A stretch of DNA of 64,000 nt from Squalus acanthias (GCA_030390025.1 CM059432.1:144276001-144340000), one strand, 5' to 3'; counted from the stretch's first letter, positions 51,001 to 59,778 are shown. Translations and numbers: made by a program. The notes: generated by a model not told the origin, from the letters alone.

Positions 51001-54000
51001 CCCAGACTGGCAGCTATGTCCTTCAGGGCTCAGTCAGTAGTGGTGCTACCGAGCCACTCTTGGTGATGGACATTGAATTCCCCCACCCAGAGTACATTCT
51101 GTGCCCTTGCTACTCTCAGTGCTTCTTCCAAGTGGTGTTCAACATGGAGGAGTACTGATTCATCAGCTGAGGGAGGGCGGTAGGTGGTAATCAGCAGGAG
51201 GTTTCCTTGCCCATGCTTGACCTGCAGCCATGAGACTTCTTGGGGTCCGGAGTCAATGTTGAGGACTCCCAGGGCCACTCCTTCCCGACTGTATACCACT
51301 GGGTGCCGACACCCCTGGTGGGTCTATCCTGCCGGTGGGACAGGACATACCCAGGGATGGTGATAATACTATCCACTATCTCTATAGCCATCTCTTTCAA
51401 AACCCTAGGATGTATGCCATCAGGTCCAGCGGATTTATCGGCTTTCAGTCCCATTAATTTCTCCAGTACTATTTTTTTACTCATACTAATTTCTTTCAGT
51501 TCCTCATTCTCGCTAGACCCTTGGTTCTCCACTATTTCCGGGAAGTTTTTTGCGTCTTCTACCGTGAAGACAGACACAAAGTATTTGTTTAATTTCTCTG
51601 CCATTTCCTTATTCCCCATTATAATTTCTCCTGTCTCAGCCTGTAAGGGACCCACATTTACTTTCGCTAATCTTTTCCTTTTTACATAGTTATAGAAGCT
51701 TTTACATTTCTTGGTCCTCCTTTGCTGAATTCTAAAATCCTCCCAATCCTCAGGCTTACTATTTTTGGCAACATTATAAGCCTCTTCCTTTGATCTAATA
51801 CTATCTTTAACTTCTCTTGTTAGCCAGGGTTGGACCACTTTTCCTGTGGTGTTTTTGTGCCTTAAAGGAATCTATATTTGTTATAAATTATGTATTAATT
51901 CTTTAAATTCTAGCCATTGCTTGTCTACCGTTATACCTTTTAATGTAGTTTCCCAATCTACCGTAGCCAACTCGCCCCCTCATACCCACGTAGTTTGCTT
52001 TGTTTAGATTTAAGACCCTAGTTTCGGATATCATATTATGGTCACTCTTCCCTAAAGGCCCCTTTACTACAAGGTTATTAATTAACCCTTTCTCGTTGCA
52101 CAATACTAGATCTAAAATAGCCTGTTCCCTAGTTGGTTCCTCAACATACTGATCTAGAAAACTATCTTGCATATATTCCATGAATTTGTCTCCACACTAT
52201 TACTGCACATTTGGTTTGCCCAGTCTATATGTAGATTAAAGTCCCCCATTATTACTGTATTACCCTTGTTACATTCGCCTCTAATTTCCTGATTTATACT
52301 CTGCCCTACATTACAACTACTGTTTGAGGGCCTATAAACAACTCCCACCAATGTTTTCTGCCCCTTGCTGTTTCTTAGTTCCACCCAAATTTCTGGAGCT
52401 AAGATCCTTTCGCTCTACTGTCTTTATCCCATCCTTCATTATCAGGGCTACACCTCTTTTTCCATTTTGCCTATCTCTTCTAAAAGTTAAGTATCTTGGA
52501 ATATTTAGTTCCCAACCTTGGCCACATTGCAACCACGTCTCGTAATGGCTATTAGATCAAACCTATTCATTTCTATCTGCGCTATTAATTCATCTATTTT
52601 GTTGCGAATGCTTCGCGCATTCAGATATAGTTCCTTTAGCTTTGACTTATTTGTATTTTTCCCTGATGTCACCTTAGTCACTGATGCCTTATTACCTTTG
52701 TTACTCTCTCTGTTCTTTCCTGACCTACTCTGCTTATTTTTACCCAGAACTCTGCTCTGCTCTAGAGCCTTGACATTTCTCTTGCTGCTTTTAAATTTAC
52801 TCTTTCCTGAATCCTCCCGCCCCGCCTTCATTAGTTTAAAGCCTTGTCTACTGCCCTAGTTATTCGGTTTGCCAGGACACTGGTCCCAGCCCCGGTTTAA
52901 GTGGAGCCCGTCCCAACGGAACAGCTCCCTCTTTCCCCAGTACTGGTGCCAGTGCCCCATGAACTGAAACCCCTTCCTCCCACACCACTCTTTGAGCCAC
53001 CCATTTAAACCTCTAATCTGTTTGTCCCTGTGCCAATTTGCACGTGGTTCAGGTAACAATCCAGAGATTATTAGCTTTGAGGTTCTGCGTTTTAATTTGG
53101 ATCCTAGCTCCTCAAACTCCCTCAGCAGAACCTCATTCCTCGCTCTACCTATGTCGTTGGTTCCTACATGGACCACGACAACTGGATCCTCCCCCTCCCA
53201 CTCTAAGTTCTCCTACAGCCGCGAGGAGATGTCTTTAACCCTGGCAACACAACCTTCGGAACTCTTGGTCGTGGCTGCAGAGAACAGTATCTATCCCCCT
53301 GTCTATACTGTCCCCTATCACAACTACATTCCCTTTCACTCCCCCCACTTGAATGGCCTCCTGCACCATGGTCAGCTTGCTCATCCATCCTGCAGGCTTT
53401 TCCTTCATCCACACAGGCAGCAAGAACCTCATACCTGTTGGACAAGGGCAAAGGCTGAGGCTCCTCCAGCACTGCACCTGGGGTCCCCTTACCTGCCTGA
53501 GTTGCAGTCACACCCTCCTGTCCCTGACCACAAACCAGACCTGTACCACTACCTAACCTAAGGGGTGTGACTGCCTCCTGGATCAAAGTGTCCAGGTAAC
53601 TCTCCCCATCCCTGATGCCCCGCAATGTCTGCACCTCAGACTCCAGCTCAAAAACTCTGAGCTGAAGTTCCTCAAGATGCAGGCACTTACTGCAAACGTG
53701 GTTGTCCGGGATCACAATGCTCTCCACAAACTCCCACCTGCTGCAGTTGTGGCACACCACCTGCACTGCCATCCCTATATGACCTTGTTTTATTTAATGA
53801 AATTTGTGATTAGGTAACTTAGTTTACAGTGTAGTTTCTTGACTACTTACTTGATCTAGATTAAGTTAAGGGTATTGAAATTAAATATCTACCTGTAACA
53901 CAAAGCACTACAAGAAGTGTAGGCAAAAACCAGCAACTCCTTCACCCTCTTCTCCGAATTCCCAAAAAAACCACTCTGTTTAAGTACACTCTGTTTTCTC

Positions 54001-57000
54001 CAATCCAGAAACTTAAAAACAGTGGTGAAAGATAACGGGGGGGAGATTTTTCTCAGCCCTGTGCTTGGGAACTTGGGGCTCAGTCGTTCCTGCATTTTTT
54101 TGAGATAGCTAAAATGTGTCCTTTACCGGCTGAAGCTTTGATTTGCTTCTCTCTGCTCTTCCCATAGCCTTTAATGCGTCTTCCCCTGTGACTATGCTCT
54201 TGCTGCTGCAGAAATTTAAGATGGCGGCATTAGTCCAAGCAAAAGTCAGGGTGCCCCTGCAGTTAGCCCTTGAGGTAGTGGGGGAAAGGGAAGCACATTG
54301 GTGAGGAGCCAGAGGTGAATTATTTTAGATAAAGCCGTGTTGGTGATCTATTATAGCGATTCTGACTGTGGAAGGAAAGGGAAAATGAGTGAGACTGAGG
54401 CTTCTCTTTTATTCAAGGTGGGGATGGAGTAGTTGTGGTCAGGAGAAGGGAACACTCAGCGCCCATTTGCCTAGAATTTAAAGTGGTGCAGACCCTTCAG
54501 GTGTAGACAGCAAAAAAAAGTGGTAGAGGAGTTTCGGGGGCTGCGCTATTCAGGCACAAGAAATTTAACGTCCATTTTTCCTCCGCATTACACCTGCAAT
54601 TGGGGTGCTATTTGGGAGCAGGGCAGAGAAAAATGTACCCTATTGTGTTTGTGTATATATAGACTGACAAGGGCTTAATTATATTCTATTTTATTTTGAA
54701 ACTGAAAACTAATGACTTTTAACGGTAGATATTAATAAAATGGAGGTGTTAATGAGCTGTAAAATCATTCCTTCACATTCAGATGCTGTGTTTGCTGGAG
54801 CTATGCCCACAATGGCAAGCATCAAGTTATCTACAGGACGGCCTATTGTAAATCACCCACACTATGAAGATGCAGGGCTGAGGTTAGTAGTCTTTTGCTG
54901 TTCTCTCACTATTACACTCAAAATGTGATAACTTTAGGCAATGTACTGAATTACACAGGGGTGTAATAGCCGGTTAGGAATTAATTCCTATTACTAGTCG
55001 ATTCCCATGGCTTTGTGCTCTGGTAGTTGAGACAAGTACAGTGTTCAGCTGTAGCAGAGTTAGAGGGTGGGGCTAATTGGACTAGGGCTCAAGATATAAT
55101 TCAGTTCCCAATGTAAGGTTATGCATTCTGTCATTTTTATGCAAATACTTTGATTTTACATACTATTTGTAGTTAGACTGTAAAACTTGCAGCACCTTGG
55201 GACGTAGAGTTGCTTGCAGCTTAGGAGTTTCTGTGCAGTGTAGGCTGAGAAGCTGGGATACACAGACCTGATCCCCGCATTGCCACCACTGGCAGGAGGG
55301 TATAATTACAGTGTGGCCAGTTTATTTGAGCAGTTCCCATTATTAATGTGGACATAGGAATTTATAATAGAAATAAATGCGTTTTTTGACATTTAAGGAA
55401 CACAAAACAGAATCTACGACAGGTATGTAATCAGTAGTCACTTTTTTCTGTTTCACTCATGCACGCTCTCATTTGTGCACGCTCTCTCTGCACACACACT
55501 TTGTCTTTAAAAAAAATGCTTAATATGAACTTTACCTAAACGAAGCTTTTGAAATTTGTCGTCCAGCTTTTCTTAAAATAATTTTGAAAAACTGAGTAGA
55601 AATTGAAGAACAATATTCCATCAGTGTAGCTGACTGTGAACCGTAGTGACACATCCTTGGAAATTAGTACACGCTCAGACTGCACAATCCAAATTCAGGT
55701 CACAGCATCATGGCTCTAGGCACAAATATCAAATCCAAGCCCAGGCTATTGAGAGATGCTGAGGTCTTCAAGTAAAAACTTTAATGAAGTCATTAAAAAC
55801 ACAAAAAACAATAGTGAATAAATTTAATCATACTATTTTAAAATCGGTAAGTTTTTGAATTTTCATTTTGTTTAAATCCTTATTTTAGACATTAGAAATT
55901 TCAGTTACTGAGGAAAAATAGGCAGATAAAAACTTTTTAGAAAACATTTTGAGCGATTTGTGGAGAGAAGATATCACTGCACCGCTTTGTGGTCATATTA
56001 TGCAAATTCTGTTTTAGTTGTATGGTTATCTATTTCTACCTTCTCTATTTTTACTTTTATTTTCACTGTGCCTCATTTTTCTAGTTTAAATAACTCTTCA
56101 TTTCTCTCTTTATCTGTTTGCCCAGTTCATTAGCTCCTGTCCTGTTCAGGTGCAGCTCCTGCATGTAGAATAGCTCCCATCTTCCCCAGAATGCTCCACA
56201 AAATAGAAACTTTTTTCCTGACCCCATCCCTTTAGCCATGTGCTGAGCTCCTCACTCTAACTATCTTTCCCTATTCTAGCACATGGCTGGGGGTAAATCC
56301 AGGGATTACCATCCTTGAAGCCCCATTCCTAAACCTGCTTTCTAATCTCCGGAGCTCCATTTGCAGGATTTGTGCCTTTCTTTTACTATGTCATTAGCTT
56401 GAACCATGATGACTGGCTCCTGTCCTGTCCCCTCCCCTTGCATAATCTTTTCCAGTCTCTCTGATCTTGGTACTCAGGAAGCAACAAAAAATCTGGAGAA
56501 CTTAGTCTGGACGGCAAAAGATAATGTCCACTTCTCTAATTGTCGAGTCGTCTTATTTATTACTGCATTCCTCACTGAATTATTAACACCTCCCCAGCAA
56601 CCTCACGGATTTTAATCCATTTGATGATCCTGTTCTGAGTTTCCCCTCCCCACTAGGAAACCACTGCCTCCAGATTTGTTGGGGAAGGCCATTTGCTCTG
56701 GACTTTTCTGCTGTAGCCTGTCTCTCTTTGCGTTCCCTGACCTATGAATGATCATCATTCCTTCCTCCAGCACTGCCAGGTCCCATCTCTCAGCAAGGTG
56801 ACTGCCATCTGAAACAAGCCACTTTCCCTCTTCCATGTATCCAACTCCCTCTCGGATTCTGAAATCCTGAGCTCAAACCATTTCAGTTGGAGGCACTTCC
56901 TGCAGGTGTGTTTGTCTAAGTTGACATCTGTTACTCGTACTTCCCCATCTTGCAGGATTGACACATCACTCTCCCTTCCTGTGCTGCTGTTCTTACTGGA

Positions 57001-58579
57001 AATGATAGTTAAGTTTATATTTTTATCTACTGAAATTTGAGTGAAACTACTCTGCTCCTCATTCAGCCCCCCAGTCAAATTCCCATTATGGAAGTACTGT
57101 TTTTGCCCCGCCCACAGCTCGAATTCGAAAATATATCAAAATCTCTGCTTGTTCTCAAATAGGGAAAGAACGAAGCAAGTGTACGCTATGTATAGTCGGA
57201 AGTCAGCGGAGGAAGTGAAGAATGGGCTCATCAGATTGGGCGTAGACTATTTTATTTTTGAAGATTCCTGGTGTTTGAGAAAAACAAGGTAAATGTCTGA
57301 TTTAAAGCTTTTCTGATCATTTTCTTTTTCCTCTTTAAATTGTTCATTGGTCCAACCGAAATATAAATTTGAGGATAATATTGCCCCTCAGTTATTTTTC
57401 TTCTGTTGTTGCTTGTTCCTGTTGTGTGCAACAGAGTAAACTAATTCGATAGCATTTATTTCTGTGTTCCATGATTCATTTGTGTTTAAATGAATGATCC
57501 TTCTGTAACACCTATAAAGTTTTAATTAAAAAATATTGCAGAATGGGCATTAGATTGCACTATCCTTTAACCTCAGTGGCCAGTGTACGCACTGCCATCT
57601 GAAACAAGCCTCTCCTCTTCCATGTCTCCAACTCCATCTCAGATTCTGAAATCTTGAGCTCAAGCCATTTCAGTTGGAGCCGGTGGGGGAGAGGATTGAT
57701 ATTTAAACTGGTGGATGGGTTACCAATCAAGCGGACTGCTTTGTCCCGGATGGTGTCGAGCTTCTTGAGTCTTGTTGCAGCTACGCACATCCAGGCAAGT
57801 GGAGAGTTTTCCATCACACTCCTGACGTGCCTTGTAGGTGGTGGAGAGGCTTTGGGGAGTCAGGAGATGAGCCACTTGCTACAGAATACCCAGCCTCTGG
57901 CCTGCTGTAGTGGCCACAGCATTTATGTGGCTGGTCCAGTTGAGATTCTGGTCAATGGTGACCCCCAGGATGATGGTGAGGGATTTGGCGATGGTAATGC
58001 CATTGAATTCCATGGGGAGATGGTTAGACTGAAATCCAGTCCATTAAACTCAACATCTTTTGGTTTATTTCTGCCCTTTTTATTCGAATAGCCCATTTGA
58101 GTGCCGGTATTAGAACTGTAAGTACTGGTTTGGAGGAATACATGGTAACGTGAGAGAGCTGAATTAGTGGCATCCGGTCAGAACCACGCACAGACAGTAA
58201 AGTTGATGGTAACAGGTGGCACCTGCCTGGCTCGTAAACCCAATCAATTTAATGACACCAATTACTGGGTATGGGCTCTTCCAACTCAGAATTTTGGACC
58301 TCAATGTCTATTTAAAATGAATGTAACATTGTTTTGAGTAATAATGCAGGGAAGTTATTTGCACAAGCCTTTGCTTACAGGGTTAATTAACTGATTTCTG
58401 TTTCACACAGGCCTGGTTGCAGTATGCCGGAAATTTGGGATGTGGAAGATGTGCAAAATGCGAAGAAAATTCCCCTGTGTTCTGTTCTTTCCCAGTCGCC
58501 CGGTCCTCACTTTACTCCTGTGTTTCAGAATGACGTTTACAAAGTCTTAAAGATAAAGAAAAGTCTCAACTGGACATAG
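8991..58579 (+). CDS. DPY19L1: DPY19L1-type protein C-mannosyltransferase, 3' part (14 coding exons; 5' exons upstream of window)
   Basis: The spliced exons translate collinearly with the vertebrate DPY19L1 C-terminal half ([85 protein letters not shown]). All introns are GT-AG with matching phases. Ortholog versus DPY19L1-like paralog is not resolved. Confidence 0.92.
9990..10250. repeat. Pyrimidine-rich degenerate tandem/low-complexity tract (CTGTCACT-like units)
   Basis: Recurrent tcctgtcact / ttgtcact / ctgtcacg units. Confidence 0.6.
11207..11284 (+). CDS. DPY19L1: DPY19L1 exon b (78 bp): [26 protein letters not shown]
   Basis: ttttag|GTT ... ATG|gtaaaa; phase 0/0. Confidence 0.93.
13126..13212 (+). 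CDS. DPY19L1: DPY19L1 exon c (87 bp): [29 protein letters not shown]
   Basis: ccacag|ATA ... TGG|gtaagt; [12 protein letters not shown] motif. Confidence 0.95.
14290..14831 (+). mobile_element. Penelope-like element 3' end with inverted 5' arm (fold-back), two hammerhead-like motifs, 12-bp TSD
   Basis: TSD ATGACAGAACTG at 14278-14289 and 14832-14843; arm 14290-14387 is the reverse complement of about 14705-14797. Confidence 0.8.
15393..15455 (+). CDS. DPY19L1: DPY19L1 exon d (63 bp): [21 protein letters not shown]
   Basis: ccctcag|GGA ... TGG|gtaagt; position and length fit the variable GI...W exon. Confidence 0.85.
16325..16653 (-). mobile_element. CR1 3'-end fragment
   Basis: CAGCACAGAAGGAGGCC..TAGTCCCACTCCCC..TTAAATCTGTGTCCTCTGG, shared with other CR1 3' ends in the window. 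Confidence 0.85.
17303..17640 (-). mobile_element. Deu-domain SINE (head truncated)
   Basis: L2-like tail plus Deu core AATAGTGCCATGGGATCTTTTACGTCCACC. Confidence 0.85.
17700..18030 (-). mobile_element. Old degraded CR1 3' fragment
   Basis: TACAGCACAGAAGGGAGCCATT start and diverged CR1 3' sequence. Confidence 0.6.
18147..18505 (-). mobile_element. Deu-domain SINE
   Basis: Deu core plus tRNA-like head (rc TCTGAGTCAGAGGGTCGTGGGATCAAGCCCCAC). Confidence 0.85.
18506..19015 (+). mobile_element. Old degraded CR1 3' fragment
   Basis: [14 protein letters not shown] start; 3' UTR GGCCTCTTCCTGTGCTG. Confidence 0.7.
19379..19459 (+). CDS. DPY19L1: DPY19L1 exon e (81 bp): [27 protein letters not shown]
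   Basis: tttcag|GTG ... GAT|gtaagt. Confidence 0.93.
20551..20652 (+). CDS. DPY19L1: DPY19L1 exon f (102 bp): [34 protein letters not shown]
   Basis: ttccag|GCG ... GAG|gtgatc; highly conserved peptide. Confidence 0.95.
21228..21435 (+). mobile_element. CR1 3' fragment
   Basis: [21 protein letters not shown]2 C-terminus. Confidence 0.85.
22245..22763 (+). mobile_element. CR1 3' fragment (family B-like)
   Basis: Reverse-complement similar to 1850-2390. Confidence 0.88.
23245..23653 (+). mobile_element. L2-clade LINE 3' end
   Basis: ORF2 end [45 protein letters not shown]; tail GGCGCTATATAAATACAAG(TTG)n. Confidence 0.9.
24906..24977 (+). CDS. DPY19L1: DPY19L1 exon g (72 bp): [24 protein letters not shown]
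   Basis: tttcag|ACT ... AAG|gtaagt; [12 protein letters not shown] motif. Confidence 0.95.
25710..26062 (+). mobile_element. CR1 3' fragment
   Basis: Ends GGCCTCCTTCTGTGCTGTATCATTCTGTTCTATTCTATG. Confidence 0.85.
27425..27628 (+). mobile_element. Palindromic Penelope-like element remnant, 15-bp TSD
   Basis: About 72-bp inverted arms (27425-27496 / 27509-27580); TSD TATAAACACTAGGGA at 27410-27424 and 27629-27643. Confidence 0.85.
27871..28463 (+). mobile_element. CR1 3' fragment (family B-like)
   Basis: [24 protein letters not shown].. through the 3' UTR. Confidence 0.9.
29405..29640 (+). mobile_element. Degraded Deu-domain SINE
   Basis: Head TGGCTCACTAGG..GAGCTCGAGCCC and internally deleted Deu core. 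Confidence 0.65.
29856..30218. mobile_element. Tc1/mariner (pogo/Tigger-like) MITE, 363 bp
   Basis: Perfect 26-bp TIRs CAGGAAACTCTTTATTAACCGGCACC (29856-29881 / 30193-30218); TA on both flanks. Confidence 0.92.
30535..31078 (-). mobile_element. Penelope-like element 3' end interrupted by a hAT MITE
   Basis: Reverse-complement similar to 14530-14800; hammerhead motif split at 30620/30786. Confidence 0.8.
30621..30785. mobile_element. hAT-type MITE, 165 bp
   Basis: TIR CAATGTTCC / GGAACATTG; 8-bp TSD TCGATGAC (30613-30620) / TCAATGAC (30786-30793). Confidence 0.8.
31525..33258 (+). mobile_element. Deu-domain SINE split by CR1 insertions (31525-31624 and 33129-33258)
   Basis: GGATCTTGCTGT|..|GCAAATTGGCTGCCGCGTTTCCTAC is contiguous in intact copies (cf. 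63965-64000). Confidence 0.8.
31625..33128 (-). mobile_element. CR1 family A 3' part with a nested CR1 family C fragment (about 31885-32466)
   Basis: Two successive CATAGAGTCATA tails; RT fragments ([22 protein letters not shown]). Confidence 0.88.
33815..34420 (+). mobile_element. CR1 3' fragment with an antisense CR1 3' fragment nested at about 34008-34286
   Basis: Sense copy breaks at GGAATTGGAT and resumes at AAATAATTAAAGGAAAAATTTGCAGGGC. Confidence 0.8.
35128..35150. repeat. (AT)n microsatellite
   Basis: About 11 TA units. Confidence 0.9.
35322..36083. mobile_element. Non-autonomous DNA transposon (MITE-like, probably Harbinger-type) with CpG-rich ends and AT-rich core
   Basis: Imperfect TIRs GGCCCAGAAATTCGCC / rc GAGCCAAAAATTCGGC; TATA-rich flanks; subterminal hairpins. 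Confidence 0.65.
37090..37841 (+). mobile_element. Second CR1-clade LINE family (D), 3' fragment
   Basis: [32 protein letters not shown]-rich tail; same family as 48638-51370. Confidence 0.88.
39255..40640 (+). mobile_element. Highly degraded CR1 RT fragment interrupted by a SINE at about 40058-40430
   Basis: Relic KGRSCMTN, SGVPQ, FADD motifs; resumes at about 40435. Confidence 0.65.
40058..40430 (-). mobile_element. Deu-domain SINE
   Basis: L2-like tail, Deu core, tRNA-like head. Confidence 0.82.
41339..41361. repeat. Poly-C homopolymer
   Basis: About 22 consecutive C. Confidence 0.9.
41551..41606 (+). CDS. DPY19L1: DPY19L1 exon h (56 bp): [18 protein letters not shown](E)
   Basis: tttacag|ACT ... 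GA|gtaagt; phase 0/2 joins exon i in frame; divergent loop region. Confidence 0.8.
41977..42322 (-). mobile_element. Penelope-like element 3' end including the last codons of the ORF
   Basis: Minus strand 42320-42285 reads [11 protein letters not shown], followed by the 3' UTR and a degenerate hammerhead motif. Confidence 0.8.
42888..42912 (+). CDS. DPY19L1: DPY19L1 micro-exon i (25 bp): (E)RKFPTRGE
   Basis: poly-T tract-tag|A ... GAG|gtaaaa; restores frame and ends in the GE that precedes LVYH in DPY19L1. Confidence 0.85.
43965..44310 (-). mobile_element. LINE family D 3' fragment
   Basis: TTATTCGTTCATGGGATGTGGGCGTC start, as at 48643. Confidence 0.85.
44443..44562 (+). CDS. DPY19L1: DPY19L1 exon j (120 bp): [40 protein letters not shown]
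   Basis: ccacag|CTT ... CAG|gtaaga; [13 protein letters not shown] motif. Confidence 0.96.
45968..46142 (+). CDS. DPY19L1: DPY19L1 exon k (175 bp): [58 protein letters not shown](D)
   Basis: tgtgaag|CTT ... AAGG|gtgagt; GEFSNxPQEELxEWIK motif. Confidence 0.95.
46594..46629 (+). mobile_element. 36-bp Penelope-like 3' tip with 15-bp TSD
   Basis: TSD CTTAATGCATCTATT at 46579-46593 and 46630-46644; insert matches 47715-47749. Confidence 0.75.
47561..47750 (+). mobile_element. Penelope-like fold-back remnant with the best-preserved hammerhead motif, 13-bp TSD, inserted in CR1
   Basis: TSD ATACCATTTGCTT at 47548-47560 and 47751-47763; 50-bp inverted arms 47561-47610 / 47666-47715. Confidence 0.88.
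47614..47650 (+). ncRNA. Putative minimal type I hammerhead ribozyme
   Basis: AGTT-CTGACGA-A-GGGTC(ATC)GACCT-GAAA-CGTT-AACT: both core boxes, stem II, stem I, and palindromic ACGT in place of stem III. Confidence 0.65.
48638..51370 (-). mobile_element. LINE family D (CR1 clade), 5'-truncated 2.7 kb, nested in CR1 family B
   Basis: TSD ATCCACTATCT at 48627-48637 and 51371-51381; APE (TTYRPPS, GEFNVHH, LDLILTN, SSDH) and RT ([27 protein letters not shown]). Confidence 0.92.
52831..53772 (-). pseudogene. CR1 ORF1: CxxC..CxxC zinc-finger/leucine-zipper region plus SGNH esterase domain (frameshifted)
   Basis: CHNC..CSKC, heptad [39 protein letters not shown]. Confidence 0.88.
54783..54882 (+). 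CDS. DPY19L1: DPY19L1 exon l (100 bp): (D)[32 protein letters not shown](R)
   Basis: attcag|AT ... AG|gttagt; NHPHYE motif. Confidence 0.96.
56130..56990 (-). mobile_element. Old degraded CR1 ORF1 (zinc-finger/esterase) relic
   Basis: [24 protein letters not shown] resembles ORF1 near 53700-53600; ELHLNR-like relic near 56150. Confidence 0.65.
57163..57288 (+). CDS. DPY19L1: DPY19L1 exon m (126 bp): (R)[41 protein letters not shown](R)
   Basis: aaatag|G ... AG|gtaaat. Confidence 0.95.
57575..58030 (-). mobile_element. LINE family D internal fragment carrying a 90-bp foreign insert
   Basis: [31 protein letters not shown], similar to ORF 48945-49391. Confidence 0.82.
58411..58579 (+). CDS. 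DPY19L1: DPY19L1 last coding exon (169 bp): (R)[55 protein letters not shown]
   Basis: acacag|G ... TAG stop at 58577-58579. Confidence 0.95.
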
Positions 58580-58786
58580 AAGTCCATGGTAATTTGGATG
58601 AACAGAGGATTTCAAGGGCAAGTCTGGTTGAACATTTCTGTGCAGATGAAATATCCCAAATTGCTTGAAGATGGCAACAGGAGGTGTGAATGAAGATGAA
58701 AAATGTAGAAATATGATCTTTGTAAGTGTTTCTTTATAAACAGTATTTTCATGTCTTTATGGAGTTATGCATATGTGATTATTTTC

Positions 58787-58792
58787 AATAAA
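58787..58792 (+). terminator. Candidate polyadenylation signal (AATAAA) of DPY19L1
   Basis: First AATAAA about 210 bp after the stop codon, followed by GT/T-rich sequence. Confidence 0.6.
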
Positions 58793-58899
58793 GATTTTGT
58801 GAGTAAAATGTGAGGTTTTGTCATTATTTGCCTTTGCAAATGTTTTGGTCATTTCTGTTATGCTTCTTTCTGTCCTGTGTATATATATTTATTTCACCG

Positions 58900-58980
58900 C
58901 CCCTTCTCTCCACAGACGCTGACTGATCTGCTGAGGAGCATTTTCTGTTGTTTGATTTCCAGCGCCTATATTTTTTGAAC
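58900..58980 (+). mobile_element. Degraded Penelope-like 3' tip
   Basis: TCTCTCCACAGACGCTGACTGATCTGCTGAG..GCATTTTCTGTTG..GATTTCCAGC. Confidence 0.55.
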
Positions 58981-59482
58981 ACATGAGGAGGCGGAGGGGA
59001 GACTGATTTTTGCGACGCCCCCGCACCTCGCAAACCACCCCTCCCTCCCCGGGTGCAGGTGATGCTCCCGTTCCAAGATAATGGGCTTTGGGCAGGATAC
59101 AGTGGTGTTCCTGAGCCTGAATACATGCAGAAATCTGTCCAGCACCAGAACAAGGGGCGGCCAAGGTTCCAGTTTTAAACAGCCCCTTGTGCCATTTGCT
59201 GACCAAAGTTCATGGGCTGCTCATTTTGGGAAAATAATTTAACCGTTGCCATCAGCAAGTCCTGTATTGAAAACGTTAGTCGAATTGTTGTGTCATCCAT
59301 TATAAAAATACCCAGCAAGGTTCACTTGCACCAATTTTTTGAGTTTATTTTGTGTCACCTTCCCTCCTCTTTGATCGTCAGACCATGTACCAGTAGGATG
59401 GTCGGGATCCCTGCTGTTCAGATACAGTCAATAAAGTATGGATACAAGTTAAAGCCCAGGGTGATCCACCACCCTTCATCCT

Positions 59483-59778
59483 CAGCCGTGGCTCAGTGGG
59501 CAGCACTCTCGCCTCTCAGCCTGAAGATTGTGGGTTTGAGTCCCACTCTTGAGACTTCGGCCCATAATCCAGCCTGACACTCTCGGTGCCAGTACTGAGG
59601 GAGTGCAGCGTGGTCGGAAGGTGCCGTTAAACCGAGGGCTCCATCTGCCCTCTCGGGTGGACGTAAAAGATCCCATGGCACCATTTCGAAGAAGAGCAAG
59701 GGAGTTCTACCTGGTGTGGGATTTGAACTCGCAACCTTCTGACTCGTGCGTGAATTAGCTACCACTGAGTCACGGCTG
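59483..59778 (+). mobile_element. Deu-domain SINE with a second, inverted tRNA head at its right end
   Basis: A box TGGCTCAGTGG at 59489, B-box-like GTTTGAGTCC, Deu core to about 59715; inverted head 59716-59778. Confidence 0.8.

Larger units (their letters stand above)
46932..54000 (-). mobile_element. Near full-length CR1 LINE (family B): 5' UTR, ORF1, ORF2 (APE + RT), tail; inactivated by frameshifts and two insertions
   Basis: ORF1 starts at ATG 53772; APE motifs ([32 protein letters not shown]); RT motifs; (TTCTTATG)n tail at 46932. The 5' boundary is approximate. Confidence 0.92.

Noticed and set aside
58550..58579. C-terminal KIKKSLNWT as an ER-retrieval or glycosylation signal
   Set aside because: The lysines are not at the -3/-4 or -3/-5 positions, and a sequon at the extreme C-terminus is unlikely to be used.
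59483..59560. tRNA gene
   Set aside because: The A/B boxes run directly into the Deu core of a multi-copy SINE; no convincing cloverleaf.
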